This document shows positions 38,280-48,689 of a DNA stretch of 64,000 nt, piece by piece. Numbering within the stretch: the stretch's first letter is position 1; each line of letters starts with the position of its first letter. A program made the position numbers and the translations under genes. Origin of the DNA: Candidatus Dadabacteria bacterium (GTDB lineage Bacteria > Desulfobacterota_D > UBA1144 > Nemesobacterales > CSP1-2). The stretch covers positions 30,405-94,404 of the forward strand of contig PSLL01000006.1 in assembly GCA_040289575.1 (NCBI GenBank), given 5' to 3'. The notes beneath the pieces were generated by a model. That model searched no databases. It saw nothing but the letters and a program-made list of their open reading frames with translations, and had not been told where the DNA came from.

Positions 38280-40124
38280 ATGGGTAAGAAAACAGAGAAA
38301 TTAGAGAAGGTTACGGTGAAATTCGCGGGAGATTCGGGAGACGGGGTACAGGTCTTGGGGGATCAGTTCGGCAACGCCACCGCCGTCGTCGGCAATGACT
38401 TTGCAACCCTGCCCGATTATCCGGCAGAGATAAGGGCGCCGCAGGGAACGACTTATGGCGTCTCATCGTATCAGATTCAATTTGCCGCCTATGACATATA
38501 TACCCCCGGCGATATTCCAGATGTTCTTGTTGCTTTCAATCCGGCGGCATTGAAGGTTAACCTGACATCCCTTAAGCCCGGAGGTTTAATAATAGTAAAT
38601 GAAGACGAATTTACCGAACAGAATCTCAGAAAAGCCGGGTTTACATCAAACCCCTTGGAAGACGATTCTTTAAGCTCATTCCGCATCTATAAGGCTCCTA
38701 TTACAAAGCTCACAATTGAATCCCTAAAAGACGAACCGATCGGGCACAAGGATAAAGAGAGATGCAGAAACTTTCTTGCCCTTGGGATGATGTGCTGGCT
38801 GTTTTCACGCCCGCTTGATCCGGTTATAAACTTCCTTCAAAAGAGATTTGCCAACAAGGCCCAGATCTTTGAAGCAAATCTAAAAGCACTCAAGGCCGGA
38901 TATAACGTGTGCGACACCATGGAGATATTTCCGATCCATTACCAGCTTCTGCCCGCAAAGCTGGAGCCCGGAAAATACAGGAATATAAACGGAGCTCTCG
39001 CAACCGCCTACGGGCTTGTAGTCGCCGCGCATAAGTCAGGCTTGCAACTCATATATTCGGGATACCCTATAACGCCCGCAAGCGAGGCTTTGCACAACCT
39101 CGCCGCCTTAAAACAATACGGTGCGATAACCATTCAGGCAGAGGATGAAATAAGCGCCATAACCATTGCACTAGGTGCAACCTATTCGGGAGCCCTAGGC
39201 GTGACGGGAACAAGCGGTCCCGGACTTGCTCTAAAGAGTGAGGCACTTAACCTTGCGGTCATGACAGAGCTTCCGCTTATAGTATTCGATTTTCAAAGGT
39301 CTGGGCCTTCAACAGGAATGCCGACAAAAACCGAGCAGACAGACCTGCTCTTTGCGCTTTTTGGAAGGCCTGCCGAATCGCCGGTTATAGTACTTGCTCC
39401 TCTGTCCCCAGCCGATTGCTTCTGGACATCCATTGAAGCCGTAAGGCTCGCTACAAAGTATATGACGCCCGTTATAGTTCTTTCCGAGCAGTTCCTTGTA
39501 CATTCATCCGAGCCTTGGAAGCTCCCCGATTTAAACCAGATCCCACCAATAGAGGTAAAATTTAGAACCGATCCAAATGGTTTTCACCCATATATCCGCG
39601 ACGAAAAAACCCTTGCAAGACCCTGGGTAAAACTCGGAACAAGAGGGCTTGAACACACCCTGGGGGGGCTTGAAAAGAGCAATATCTTTGGAACAATATC
39701 ATACGACCCTGAAAACCATGACCTTATGAACAAACTGAGGGCGCAAAAGCTCCAAAGGGTGGCCCAGGATATACCTGATGCCCAGGCTGTGGGCCCTTCT
39801 GATGCGGATGTAGTTGTTGTGGGATGGGGAGGCACATATGGACACATAAAGGCGGCTGTAGAATCGGCAAATCAGGATGGAATGAAGGTATCAATGATAC
39901 AGCTAAGGCACCTCAATCCCCTTCCCAAGAATCTCGGTGATCTATTGCGGAGATTCAAAAAGGTTCTTGTCCCTGAACTGAACCTGGGGCAACTCTCATA
40001 TATAATACGTGCCAAATACCTTATTGACGCTACAGGATACAATAGAATTACGGGAAAGCCGTTTACTGTATCCGAGCTTTTAAACTTTATTAAAGATGAG
40101 TATGAAAGTTTAAGAATGCATTAA
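38280..40124 (+). CDS. korA: 2-oxoacid:ferredoxin oxidoreductase alpha subunit (gamma-alpha fusion)
   Basis: FAGDSGDGVQ, PAEIRAP, YPITPAS, QAEDEI, TSGPGLALKSE, QRSGPSTGMPTKTEQ, ELNLGQL. Substrate specificity cannot be proven from sequence. Confidence 0.93.
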   Translation: MGKKTEKLEKVTVKFAGDSGDGVQVLGDQFGNATAVVGNDFATLPDYPAEIRAPQGTTYGVSSYQIQFAAYDIYTPGDIPDVLVAFNPAALKVNLTSLKPGGLIIVNEDEFTEQNLRKAGFTSNPLEDDSLSSFRIYKAPITKLTIESLKDEPIGHKDKERCRNFLALGMMCWLFSRPLDPVINFLQKRFANKAQIFEANLKALKAGYNVCDTMEIFPIHYQLLPAKLEPGKYRNINGALATAYGLVVAAHKSGLQLIYSGYPITPASEALHNLAALKQYGAITIQAEDEISAITIALGATYSGALGVTGTSGPGLALKSEALNLAVMTELPLIVFDFQRSGPSTGMPTKTEQTDLLFALFGRPAESPVIVLAPLSPADCFWTSIEAVRLATKYMTPVIVLSEQFLVHSSEPWKLPDLNQIPPIEVKFRTDPNGFHPYIRDEKTLARPWVKLGTRGLEHTLGGLEKSNIFGTISYDPENHDLMNKLRAQKLQRVAQDIPDAQAVGPSDADVVVVGWGGTYGHIKAAVESANQDGMKVSMIQLRHLNPLPKNLGDLLRRFKKVLVPELNLGQLSYIIRAKYLIDATGYNRITGKPFTVSELLNFIKDEYESLRMH

Positions 40125-40145
40125 AACTAGAGGGGGAAAAGACGA

Positions 40146-41159
40146 ATGAGTGTAACAGAGCAAGAGGTAAAATATAAATGGACTGATTTTAAATCCGATC
40201 AGGATGTAAGATGGTGTCCCGGCTGTGATGACTATGCAATACTCAAGGCATTCCAGATGGCACTTGCCGAAATCGGCATCCCCAGAGAAAAACATGTCGT
40301 GGTATCGGGGATCGGCTGTTCTTCAAGACTCCCCTATTACATGAGCACATACGGATTTCATGGAATACACGGAAGACCGATACCCATTGCAACGGGTGTG
40401 AAGGTGGCAAATCCCGATCTCTCGGTGTGGGTTATAACTGGAGACGGGGACGCTCTATCTATAGGTGGTAACCACCTTATACACGTTATGAGAAGGAATG
40501 TTGATATAAAGATATTGCTCTTTGATAATAGGATATACGGTCTTACAAAGGGTCAATACTCTCCCACAAGCAATAAGGGAATGATAAACAGGTCTGCCCC
40601 CATGGGAACTGTGGAAGAGGCCGTAGAACCAGTTGCCCTTGCGCTTGCCTCAGGAGCGAGTTTTGTAGCGAGGACGGATGCCGCATATTTAAGGCACCTT
40701 GTGCAGCTCATTGTAGAGGCACACAAGCACAAAGGAACGGCCTTCTTACACATATATCAAAACTGCTATGTATATAACGATGGTGTATTTGATGATTTCA
40801 CGGCAAAAGAGATAAGGGATGATAGAAACATTATAGTCGAGCACGGTAAACCCCTTATATATGGCAAAAAAAGAGACAAGGGCTTAAGATTCAAAGGAAC
40901 TAAATTTGAGATAGTAGAGTTTGAGCCGGGAAATCCGCCCGAGGATATTACGATTTACGATGAGACAAACCTTGCGTTTGCCTTTGCACTTTCAAAGCTC
41001 TACTGGCCCGAATACCCAGTGCCTATGGGAGTGCTAAGAAGGGTTGAGCAACCAAGCTTTGAAGAACTCATCTACGGACAGGTAGAAAGAGCAAAACAGA
41101 AATTCTCAACAGACCTAAATAAACTCATATACTCAGGCGATGTTTGGGAAGTAAAATGA
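40146..41159 (+). CDS. korB: 2-oxoacid:ferredoxin oxidoreductase beta subunit
   Basis: WCPGC, SGIGCSSR, HGIHGR, TPP motif GDGD...N, YGLTKGQYSPT. Confidence 0.93.
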   Translation: MSVTEQEVKYKWTDFKSDQDVRWCPGCDDYAILKAFQMALAEIGIPREKHVVVSGIGCSSRLPYYMSTYGFHGIHGRPIPIATGVKVANPDLSVWVITGDGDALSIGGNHLIHVMRRNVDIKILLFDNRIYGLTKGQYSPTSNKGMINRSAPMGTVEEAVEPVALALASGASFVARTDAAYLRHLVQLIVEAHKHKGTAFLHIYQNCYVYNDGVFDDFTAKEIRDDRNIIVEHGKPLIYGKKRDKGLRFKGTKFEIVEFEPGNPPEDITIYDETNLAFAFALSKLYWPEYPVPMGVLRRVEQPSFEELIYGQVERAKQKFSTDLNKLIYSGDVWEVK

Positions 41160-41170
41160 GATATTGAATC

Positions 41171-41196
41171 GTAGGGGGCAAATGGCCGCCCCCTAC
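41171..41196. repeat. GTAG-type REP palindrome
   Basis: GTAGGGGGC-AAATGGCC-GCCCCCTAC, after the oxidoreductase beta subunit stop. Confidence 0.7.
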
Positions 41197-41308
41197 AATG
41201 TGTCTGCCCCCCGATTAAGTTATTTAGAACCATAAAGTAGAGTATATCCATTATAGATAGGACATTTCCATAGAGAAATGGTATAATTTTTCTTGAGGAA
41301 GATTCCGA

Positions 41309-41896
41309 ATGGCGATAAAGGTAAAGGTCATACAACCGCCAAAGTTGAGTCTTATCGAGAGACTCTATATCCCTGAGATACTCAAGGGTCTAAAAACAAC
41401 CCTTATGCACCTCCTCCGGTTTCAACCCATAACCGTACAGTATCCAGAAGAGGTAAAACAACTCCCTCCGAGATACAGGGGGCTTCATATCCTTCCCGCA
41501 GATGATGAAGGAGAGATAAGATGCGTCGCATGTAAGCTCTGCGAGGTTGCATGTCCAACTCAGGCAATATCAATTGTATCTGAGCCTGCAGATGAATACG
41601 GGATTGAAAGAAGACCAAAGGTTTATAATATAGACTTCATGAGATGCGTTTTTTGCGGATTCTGCGTTGAGGCTTGCCCGTGTGATGCCTTGAGAATGGG
41701 GATGAAATACGAACTTGCATCATACAGTAGAGCCGGTCTTATCCATACAAAAGAGGTCTTCTTTGACCCAAACGTAAGGAGTAGAGCGCCAAGGGACAAT
41801 GCAAATTTTCTATATGAAAGGGAAAAGGGCGATATCTTAGATAAACCCGAAGAGATTGAATATGTAAAAAAGCTCTCAGGAACTTATACCCCCTGA
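41309..41896 (+). CDS. nuoI: NADH-quinone oxidoreductase subunit I (2x[4Fe-4S])
   Basis: TVQYPEE, RYRGLH, CVACKLCEVACP, IDFMRCVFCGFCVEACPCDAL. An extended -10 (TGGTATAAT) lies at about 41279-41287. Confidence 0.92.
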   Translation: MAIKVKVIQPPKLSLIERLYIPEILKGLKTTLMHLLRFQPITVQYPEEVKQLPPRYRGLHILPADDEGEIRCVACKLCEVACPTQAISIVSEPADEYGIERRPKVYNIDFMRCVFCGFCVEACPCDALRMGMKYELASYSRAGLIHTKEVFFDPNVRSRAPRDNANFLYEREKGDILDKPEEIEYVKKLSGTYTP

Positions 41897-41928
41897 AGAC
41901 AATTAACTCCTGATAAAGACAAAAGGTT

Positions 41929-42960
41929 ATGAAAGCAGTAGTAGTCTACGAACACGGTGGAATTGACAAGTTAAAATACGATGAGGTACCAGACCCAGAG
42001 GTTCGTGTAAATGATGTCCTCGTACAAGTAAAAGCCTGTGGGATAAATCACCTCGATATCTGGGTGAGGAAAGGGCTTCCCCACCTCAAACTCAAGTACC
42101 CTCATATCCTCGGTTCAGATGTGTCGGGGGTTGTGACAAAGGTAGGAGAAGACGTCCGTGGAATTGAGGTAGGCACACCTGTTTTAATATCGCCGGGAAT
42201 AACGTGCGGAAGATGTGTCCACTGCTTAAGCGGTCGAGATAACCTCTGCAGAGAGTATGCGATCCTGGGTGAGAACTGTCTTGGCGGATGTGCAGAATAC
42301 ATATCAGTTCCAAAGGAAAACATCCTTCCCATGCCAAAGAACATCTCCTTTGAGGAAGGAGCCTGTATTCCTCTTGTTTTTCTTACCGCCTGGCATATGC
42401 TGGTATCTCGCGCGGGGATTAAAATGGGAGAAACTGTTCTGATTCACGCGGCAGGGAGTGGTGTTGGAAGCGCAGCCATACAGATTGCAAAGCTCTTTGG
42501 AGCAACTGTAATTACCACCGCCGGAACAGATGAAAAGCTAGAGAAAGCAAAAACCATCCTCGGTGGCGATTATGGAATCAATTACAGCAACCACGATTTC
42601 TTTGTCGAGGTAAGAAGGATTACGGGGAAAAGAGGCGTAGACATCATTGTAGATCACACGGGAGAGATAAACTGGGAAAGAAACATTCTTGCGCTCGCAA
42701 CGGGCGGAAGAATAGTTGTCTGCGGCTCCACATCCGGATATGATGGGAAAACAGATATAAGACACGTATTCTTCAGAAGGCTCTCGATTCTGGGCTCCAC
42801 TATGGGAAGCAAGGGGAATCTGTTTGAGGTCATAAAGCACATTGAATCAGGCAAACTCAAACCCGTGCTTTACAAAGTTCTCCCTATGTCTCGGGCTGCC
42901 GAGGGACATAGACTTATAGAGGATAGAGAGGTGTTTGGAAAGGTAGTGCTAGTCCCATAG
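41929..42960 (+). CDS. Zinc-binding dehydrogenase (MDR family)
   Basis: INHLDIWVRKG, PHILGSD, structural Zn motif CGRCVHC...C, FLTAWHML, AAGSGVGSAAIQ, GSTMGS, FGKVVL. Confidence 0.93.
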   Translation: MKAVVVYEHGGIDKLKYDEVPDPEVRVNDVLVQVKACGINHLDIWVRKGLPHLKLKYPHILGSDVSGVVTKVGEDVRGIEVGTPVLISPGITCGRCVHCLSGRDNLCREYAILGENCLGGCAEYISVPKENILPMPKNISFEEGACIPLVFLTAWHMLVSRAGIKMGETVLIHAAGSGVGSAAIQIAKLFGATVITTAGTDEKLEKAKTILGGDYGINYSNHDFFVEVRRITGKRGVDIIVDHTGEINWERNILALATGGRIVVCGSTSGYDGKTDIRHVFFRRLSILGSTMGSKGNLFEVIKHIESGKLKPVLYKVLPMSRAAEGHRLIEDREVFGKVVLVP

Positions 42961-42965
42961 TCAAG

Positions 42966-44595
42966 TTAGTAGACAACCTTAAATATATCCATATCCTTAA
43001 TTACCCAATTATCAACCGGTCTACTCTTAAAAGACATTATCAAAATGAAGTGTTTAGACCATTCATTATTATAAACCTCATACAAGTAAGAACGCCTTTT
43101 TATATTCTCTGTGTCCAACATCAAGTAACTGATTTGCATTTTTTTAAAATCTTGAATCGCACCCTCTAAGTTATTATAAATACCGGGTCTAAAGGTAGCC
43201 ACACCCAATTGCTTGGATGATAAATTTAATAGATTTTTACTACCGATTTTGGAGTCTGTAAGGATCATTTCAATCAAATCGCCGCCCTCAACAATCGCTA
43301 TGTTCCCGTGCAGGTTGCTTGCCGCCCAGATTGCCCAACTATCCCGAACCTTAGGAGTCGCAATGCTTGTACCATTCGCAATACTCAGATGAATACTCAG
43401 TGGGATACGCACAAAAAGTAATAGAATAAATAGCAAAACTAAAATATTATTTCTATTGCCCTCTCTGAGAAGATCAATCAAGAATTTCGATGAAATAACA
43501 AAAGTAAAGGGTAGCAGTACGTACAAATATCTTGGATTGCCATAAACCTCAAATACAGGGATAAAACCTGCAACGAAAACAAAGAAAAGAATAAAAATTA
43601 GATCGAATCTTGAAAACCTCTCTAAAATAAGATACTTAATGCCGCCAAGGAAAAATAAGGCCAACCAAACCTCCCCCAGTAGTAATATAGAATTGATTCG
43701 CTACTTTGAACAAACCGTGATAGATAAATTTTCTAAAATAGTCATCAATCTTATGTGTTCTTAAGTAATTAATAAAAGATGGGTTAAGGGTACCTTTCAG
43801 CGATGCTTGTGTATTGAAGTCTGCAAAGTATTGTGAATTCTTGCCAAAATCAAAAGCGGATCCATATGACTTATATCTCATATACAGGTCGGGCAGTGAC
43901 ACTAAAAAGAACAGAAATGGCACTAACAGTAGAAATGACCGGCTTAAGTTTGCCTTCTTATACCACAGTAACCACACTAGATACAGAAGGACAACACCCA
44001 GCATAAATATGCCATTGGGCCTCACATAATTTGAAAAACCAGCCAAGATGGTGGCAATGACAATTCTGTGCGATTTGTTTGCGGAATCCGCCAAATAATA
44101 CACCGTTGATATAACCAATAAGATAAAGAGCGGTTCACTGTATCCCGAGTATTCCAAGCCGCCTGTACGTATCAATATTGGAGAGAGTGCAAAGGCAAAA
44201 ACAGCAACTATAGAAGATTTTTTATCAGTTAATTTATTAGCAAGGCCAGAAAAAGGGAAAATAGATAAACCCATAATCAAAATAGACAAAACTCTTGAAA
44301 GAATCATTCCATCAAAAATTGATCGGATACCGAATACCTTGAGAAAGGCGGCTAGCACTATTGACCAGCCAATTGAATGGCTGTGCATAGGAATCCAATT
44401 TCCCTGTGCTATTTCAAAACCCTTTATTAGATAATAATACGCATCTTCCCGCAACACATCATTAAACGGTGTAGAAAAGGTCATTAATGTGACCATTAAG
44501 AGAAAACAAGAGGTTGTAAACCATATATATTTCGAGTATAAGTAGGGAAATGCAATATCTAATTTATTGTTTATATAGTTAATAGCATCTATCAC
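42966..44595 (-). pseudogene. ArnT/PMT-like (GT-C, GT39/83-like) membrane glycosyltransferase, frameshifted
   Basis: REDAYYY, GW, YSEPLF and VRPNG motifs in 43636-44595. A +1 shift at about 43686 joins it to LLLGEVWLALFFLGG...NPRYLYVLLPF in 42966-43664. Confidence 0.75.
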
Positions 44596-44689
44596 GATTT
44601 AACCTTTTATGCACTATGTGAAAGCGTACACCAGCCATTAAATTTTTATGGCAATATGAGACTACCATCCGACAATTTTTTAATAGTCT

Positions 44690-45721
44690 TCATTTCCTCC
44701 CTTTAACCGTACCACTACTCTTCTTTTTTGATATGAGAAAACCCCAGAAGAAGCCTATTTTATTGGAGATTTCAAATAAGAACATAAAAGGGAGATATAG
44801 TAAGAACTCTCCTACCGAACTAGACTGTCGTGCTCTCCAAAAAGCACTGAGTAATGTACCCGACTTTCCCATAATTCCCCATAGTATCAACCGAAACGAG
44901 CCTACAGAACCGTTCGAGTACTTCTTGTGATAACTCCAACCGTTGCGGCCAGTATCAAAGCACTTACTAACTGTATCAAGAACGCTCCTTCGACCGTACC
45001 GATGCCTGATCCGATGGTAGGGATAATAGTAAACCGGTATGCCTTCGGCACGTAGGCGCCTAGTCATGTCTGTATCCTCTGCTCTAAGTAGCGATTCATC
45101 GAAAAGCCCTACCTTCTGGAAGACTTCCCTCTTGAACGCAGCCCCTCCCGCTGCCTCTAGGTCGTGTTGTGTTGTTATTTTTTCTTCTATAACCGACAGC
45201 CTTCGCCATCTTCTCTTCAATTTTTCTAACCAGTGTTCATCTAAAATTTCTTCACAAGATAGGCGCCTTCTAACACTAACATCAAAGTAGAAATGGCTAA
45301 CCCTGCTAAAGAAATCTTCCTCGGCTGCAATGATCTTGAATCGCACCACCATTGCACGGGGATTCTCCTGAAAAAACCTAATTATGGTTTCGGCATAATC
45401 AGGAGCCATTATGTAATCGTCAGCCACAATTGCAATTATGCCCCCGGAAGCATTGACAATGCCCGTGTTTCTCGTCGCCGGGATTCCCTTATGAGTTTGC
45501 CGACAGTACTTCAATCCCGGGTGACTCAGTGATATGCTCTCCATCATGCCCTCTGTACCATCTGTTGATCCATCATCTACAACTATTATCTCTAGATTTT
45601 CCCTCGGTACAGTCTGAGAAAATAATGAATCCAAGCAACCACGGAGCATATCTTTGCGATTATAGGTCAAGACGATAATGGATAGCACTCCAGGTTTTCC
45701 TCTGGTCATATTCAAATCCAC
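44690..45721 (-). CDS. Glycosyltransferase family 2
   Basis: SIIVLTYNRKDML, VVDDGSTD, RNTGI, ADD, GLFDE, AEDTD. Confidence 0.9.
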   Translation of the reverse strand: MDLNMTRGKPGVLSIIVLTYNRKDMLRGCLDSLFSQTVPRENLEIIVVDDGSTDGTEGMMESISLSHPGLKYCRQTHKGIPATRNTGIVNASGGIIAIVADDYIMAPDYAETIIRFFQENPRAMVVRFKIIAAEEDFFSRVSHFYFDVSVRRRLSCEEILDEHWLEKLKRRWRRLSVIEEKITTQHDLEAAGGAAFKREVFQKVGLFDESLLRAEDTDMTRRLRAEGIPVYYYPYHRIRHRYGRRSVLDTVSKCFDTGRNGWSYHKKYSNGSVGSFRLILWGIMGKSGTLLSAFWRARQSSSVGEFLLYLPFMFLFEISNKIGFFWGFLISKKKSSGTVKGRK

Positions 45722-45793
45722 GGTTTACACCTACCCCTTGAAATTAGCTTATCAATCATATCTAGAGGTGCATCAAAGAATAAGACGGTACGA

Positions 45794-46657
45794 TTAAAGG
45801 AGATTTCTCATCTTTATCATATCTCTCAGTTTCCAGTATTTCATGCTCAATCGCCAACTGAATCCGAGCAATATCGCCAAGAAATGAGAGTGCTGCCTTA
45901 TATCAACTTTGTGCTTTTTCTCGTCCGCAATAATAAATTCCTCACCGTATTTCCTTCTTATGTAATACTCACCCTTGGTATACCAAACCCTCTGTTTTAT
46001 TAAACCCACCAGCGAATCTCTACAATCCAGATAGGCGATAATATCGTCTGATTTATACAAATCGATTCCATTTTCCTGCAAACGGAGATAAAGGTCATAG
46101 TCCTCTCTCGATGGGAGTGATTCATCGAATAGCGGATTTATCATCCTTAAGAGTGTTCTCTTAATTGAAAAATTGCCCGACGACAGTCTGTTTACTCGAT
46201 AGAGCCTACTGTCTTTCTTATTAAAAACTGCATCGTAGTTATAGAACCAGAAGTTGGAGTAGAAATCGTCCCTTAGCCTCTTAAGGTTCCCATTGAGCAC
46301 CATTACCTCGGGATGCTCTTTGTGGACTCGAATTGTCTCAAGAATATAGTTTCGTTCGACTATGCAATCATCATCCAGGAATATTATAATGTCGCCGGTG
46401 CTTTGACTTAGGCCGTAGTTTCTTGCAAAGCTTGGACCTCTATTTCTATCTAACGAGTAGAGTCTGAGAAAAGAATATTTTTTATCCAATAGATAGTTCA
46501 TTTGTTTATCTGCCACACAATCACTATGGTCGTCTACAATGAGTACTTCTAAATTTATTTCTAATCCGTGTTCCCTGATCTGTGGAATCAAGGAATTTAA
46601 TAGATTGGCTAGCTTATTAAATCTGTTATACGTGGGAATAATGATTGAAACCTTCAT
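45794..46657 (-). CDS. Glycosyltransferase family 2
   Basis: SIIIPTYNR, VDDHS, GPSFARNYG, FLDDDC, FDE, REDYDL. Confidence 0.9.
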   Translation of the reverse strand: MKVSIIIPTYNRFNKLANLLNSLIPQIREHGLEINLEVLIVDDHSDCVADKQMNYLLDKKYSFLRLYSLDRNRGPSFARNYGLSQSTGDIIIFLDDDCIVERNYILETIRVHKEHPEVMVLNGNLKRLRDDFYSNFWFYNYDAVFNKKDSRLYRVNRLSSGNFSIKRTLLRMINPLFDESLPSREDYDLYLRLQENGIDLYKSDDIIAYLDCRDSLVGLIKQRVWYTKGEYYIRRKYGEEFIIADEKKHKVDIRQHSHFLAILLGFSWRLSMKYWKLRDMIKMRNLL

Positions 46658-48680
46658 GGTCTTGTTATCTTAACAATCGCTTCCTCGGGCAGTGCATAAA
46701 TCCATGTAAGCCCCCGGCGCAAAAGGAATGGGCGTCCAAATAGGTCGTGGAATTGGATCGGATCACTACCGTGAATTCTGTACCAGGTTGCCCCCTCTGA
46801 TCTGGGGCCACACCAAATCTGGGCTGGGCCCTCTCCATATGTATCAATTCGCAGCCGTCCCTGAATGTCGCCGGGGATGTTGGTCACACGTACCCAAATT
46901 AGAACCAGGTTGGCAATCAAGAGATTGGGATCACCCGTTGCATCCTCACCCACCGGCGTATTGAGAACCGTCCGTCGGAATCCCCCGGCCAAACCGTCCC
47001 ACTCGAATCGTTCTGGATAGGGAGCACGGGGACGCGAATGGACCTCAATCCGTACTCGCGCCGTTCCCTCGTCATCCCGAATTGCCTCATCTCGGAAAAT
47101 AGTAGAGAGTCCCGGACAGTAATGCGCAATTAGATTAATACCTGCTGCTGTTGATTGCTCTAGACCTATAGGGGAAATTATGGTCAGTTTATCCAATTGC
47201 CCAAAGATACGCTCGGGAACAATAAAGATATTATGCGGAGGAGTCCGCCCGTCTTCTGTCGCAAGAATCTGTGCATTCTGAAGAACCTCAGGCTCACCAG
47301 ATGCACCTATATGATAACGGTATTCAATATCAATCACGCGCTCCAGATGCTCGAGAAGAGTCCGTGATTCGGGGCTTCCACCGCAGTGGACATAGAAAGG
47401 CTGATAGGCTCCGGCCCACTCGATAAAATATGGCCGGGCGCTCCGTACCGGTCCCACTCTGTCACTGAAAATCCGGGTGAAGACAGGCATAAGACGCGTC
47501 AATCCACCTTCAACTGGAGCCTCGATGATAAGGGATGCACCAGCCAATCCCAGCTGTGGATGTGAACGGCTAGAGTTGTCAACCATCACCGCAGGCAAGC
47601 CGCACCAGAGGTCAATTCTATTTTTATCACCATCAGATGCATTGCTTCTTACTACCATTGGAAAAGACGCCACGCGAGTTTCAGGAAGTATCCAGTCAAA
47701 TGCGGCACTGAAGGCATAAGTCTCAGGCAGTCGGCGATCGGCAAGCCGGTGATATTCCATAAGTAACAGATACAATGGCCTGTATAAGAATCGTGACCTC
47801 AGCACCAGTCGGCATAAGAGCAGATAGAGACTCAAGATTCGGGATCGATGTCCCAGTTCATTATTGAACATCCACAGCGCCGTCACCGGCTGAAGGAGGC
47901 TGCTCTTGTTGACTGTAATCGTCTCGTTCTCAACGAATCCCTCATGCTGAAGGAGGAATTTCGTGTACCGGAGCGAGCGAAGACCATAATATCCCACGGC
48001 GTCTATGTGATGACGAGTATATTCTTCTGGAAAGCACTTTGCCCAACGAATAATGGGTTTCGATGAATCCAGGTCTACAAAGAAAATCAAACGCCCGCCC
48101 GGACGAAGCACACGTTTAATCTCGCGCAATGCGGCGACGAATTGCCTCTCAGTTAGGTGCTCGAACATCCAAATACTCACCACCGCATCCACTGAACGAT
48201 CTGATAAAGGCAGCCGCTCGACCTGTGAACGAATGACCCGATTGTATATTGATGCGGCGCTCTGAAGCGCCCCGGCGCCATAATCCACTCCCGTTACACG
48301 TCCAAATTCTGTCAGAAATTCCCAGCCGCCACCGCAACCCAAGTCAACGATCTCTAATGGATAACGACCAAGCCGTGCCAGCATCGGTCGCAAAAGATGG
48401 GTATGCCCCAGTGGATATTCCGCCGGAGCAACCACCCCAACGGTCCCCAACCACGCTGCTCTCGGTACGACGTTGTCCAGCGGCTATCATGCGGAATATC
48501 ACCCTCGACGAATCTGGCAATACCGTCTTCCACCAGCCAGGGACCGTGACCCGCTGTGCACACTAAAGTTCCCCGACCGTTTTTTACATCACACTGAAGG
48601 GCAATGTGACAATCGGGGCAGATCAGATCATCGGATCGGAAGGACATAAGGTTGTGAACCCTATCATATAGAACATTCAT
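46654..48680 (-). CDS. Fusion of Trm112-like Zn ribbon, class I SAM methyltransferase and DUF3048 (YerB-like), with a one-base frameshift near 48400
   Basis: LICPDC...LVCTAGH...VEDGIARF (48354-48680) joins HLLRPML...VDLGCGGG...VTGVD...LPLSDRSVDAVVS..MFEHL...RVLRPGG if CCC at 48399-48401 is read as CCCC. The C-half carries AVMVDN...PQLGL...EAPVEGGLTRL...GPVRSARPYF...HCGGS...PHN. Confidence 0.75.
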
Positions 48681-48689
48681 AAAATATTC

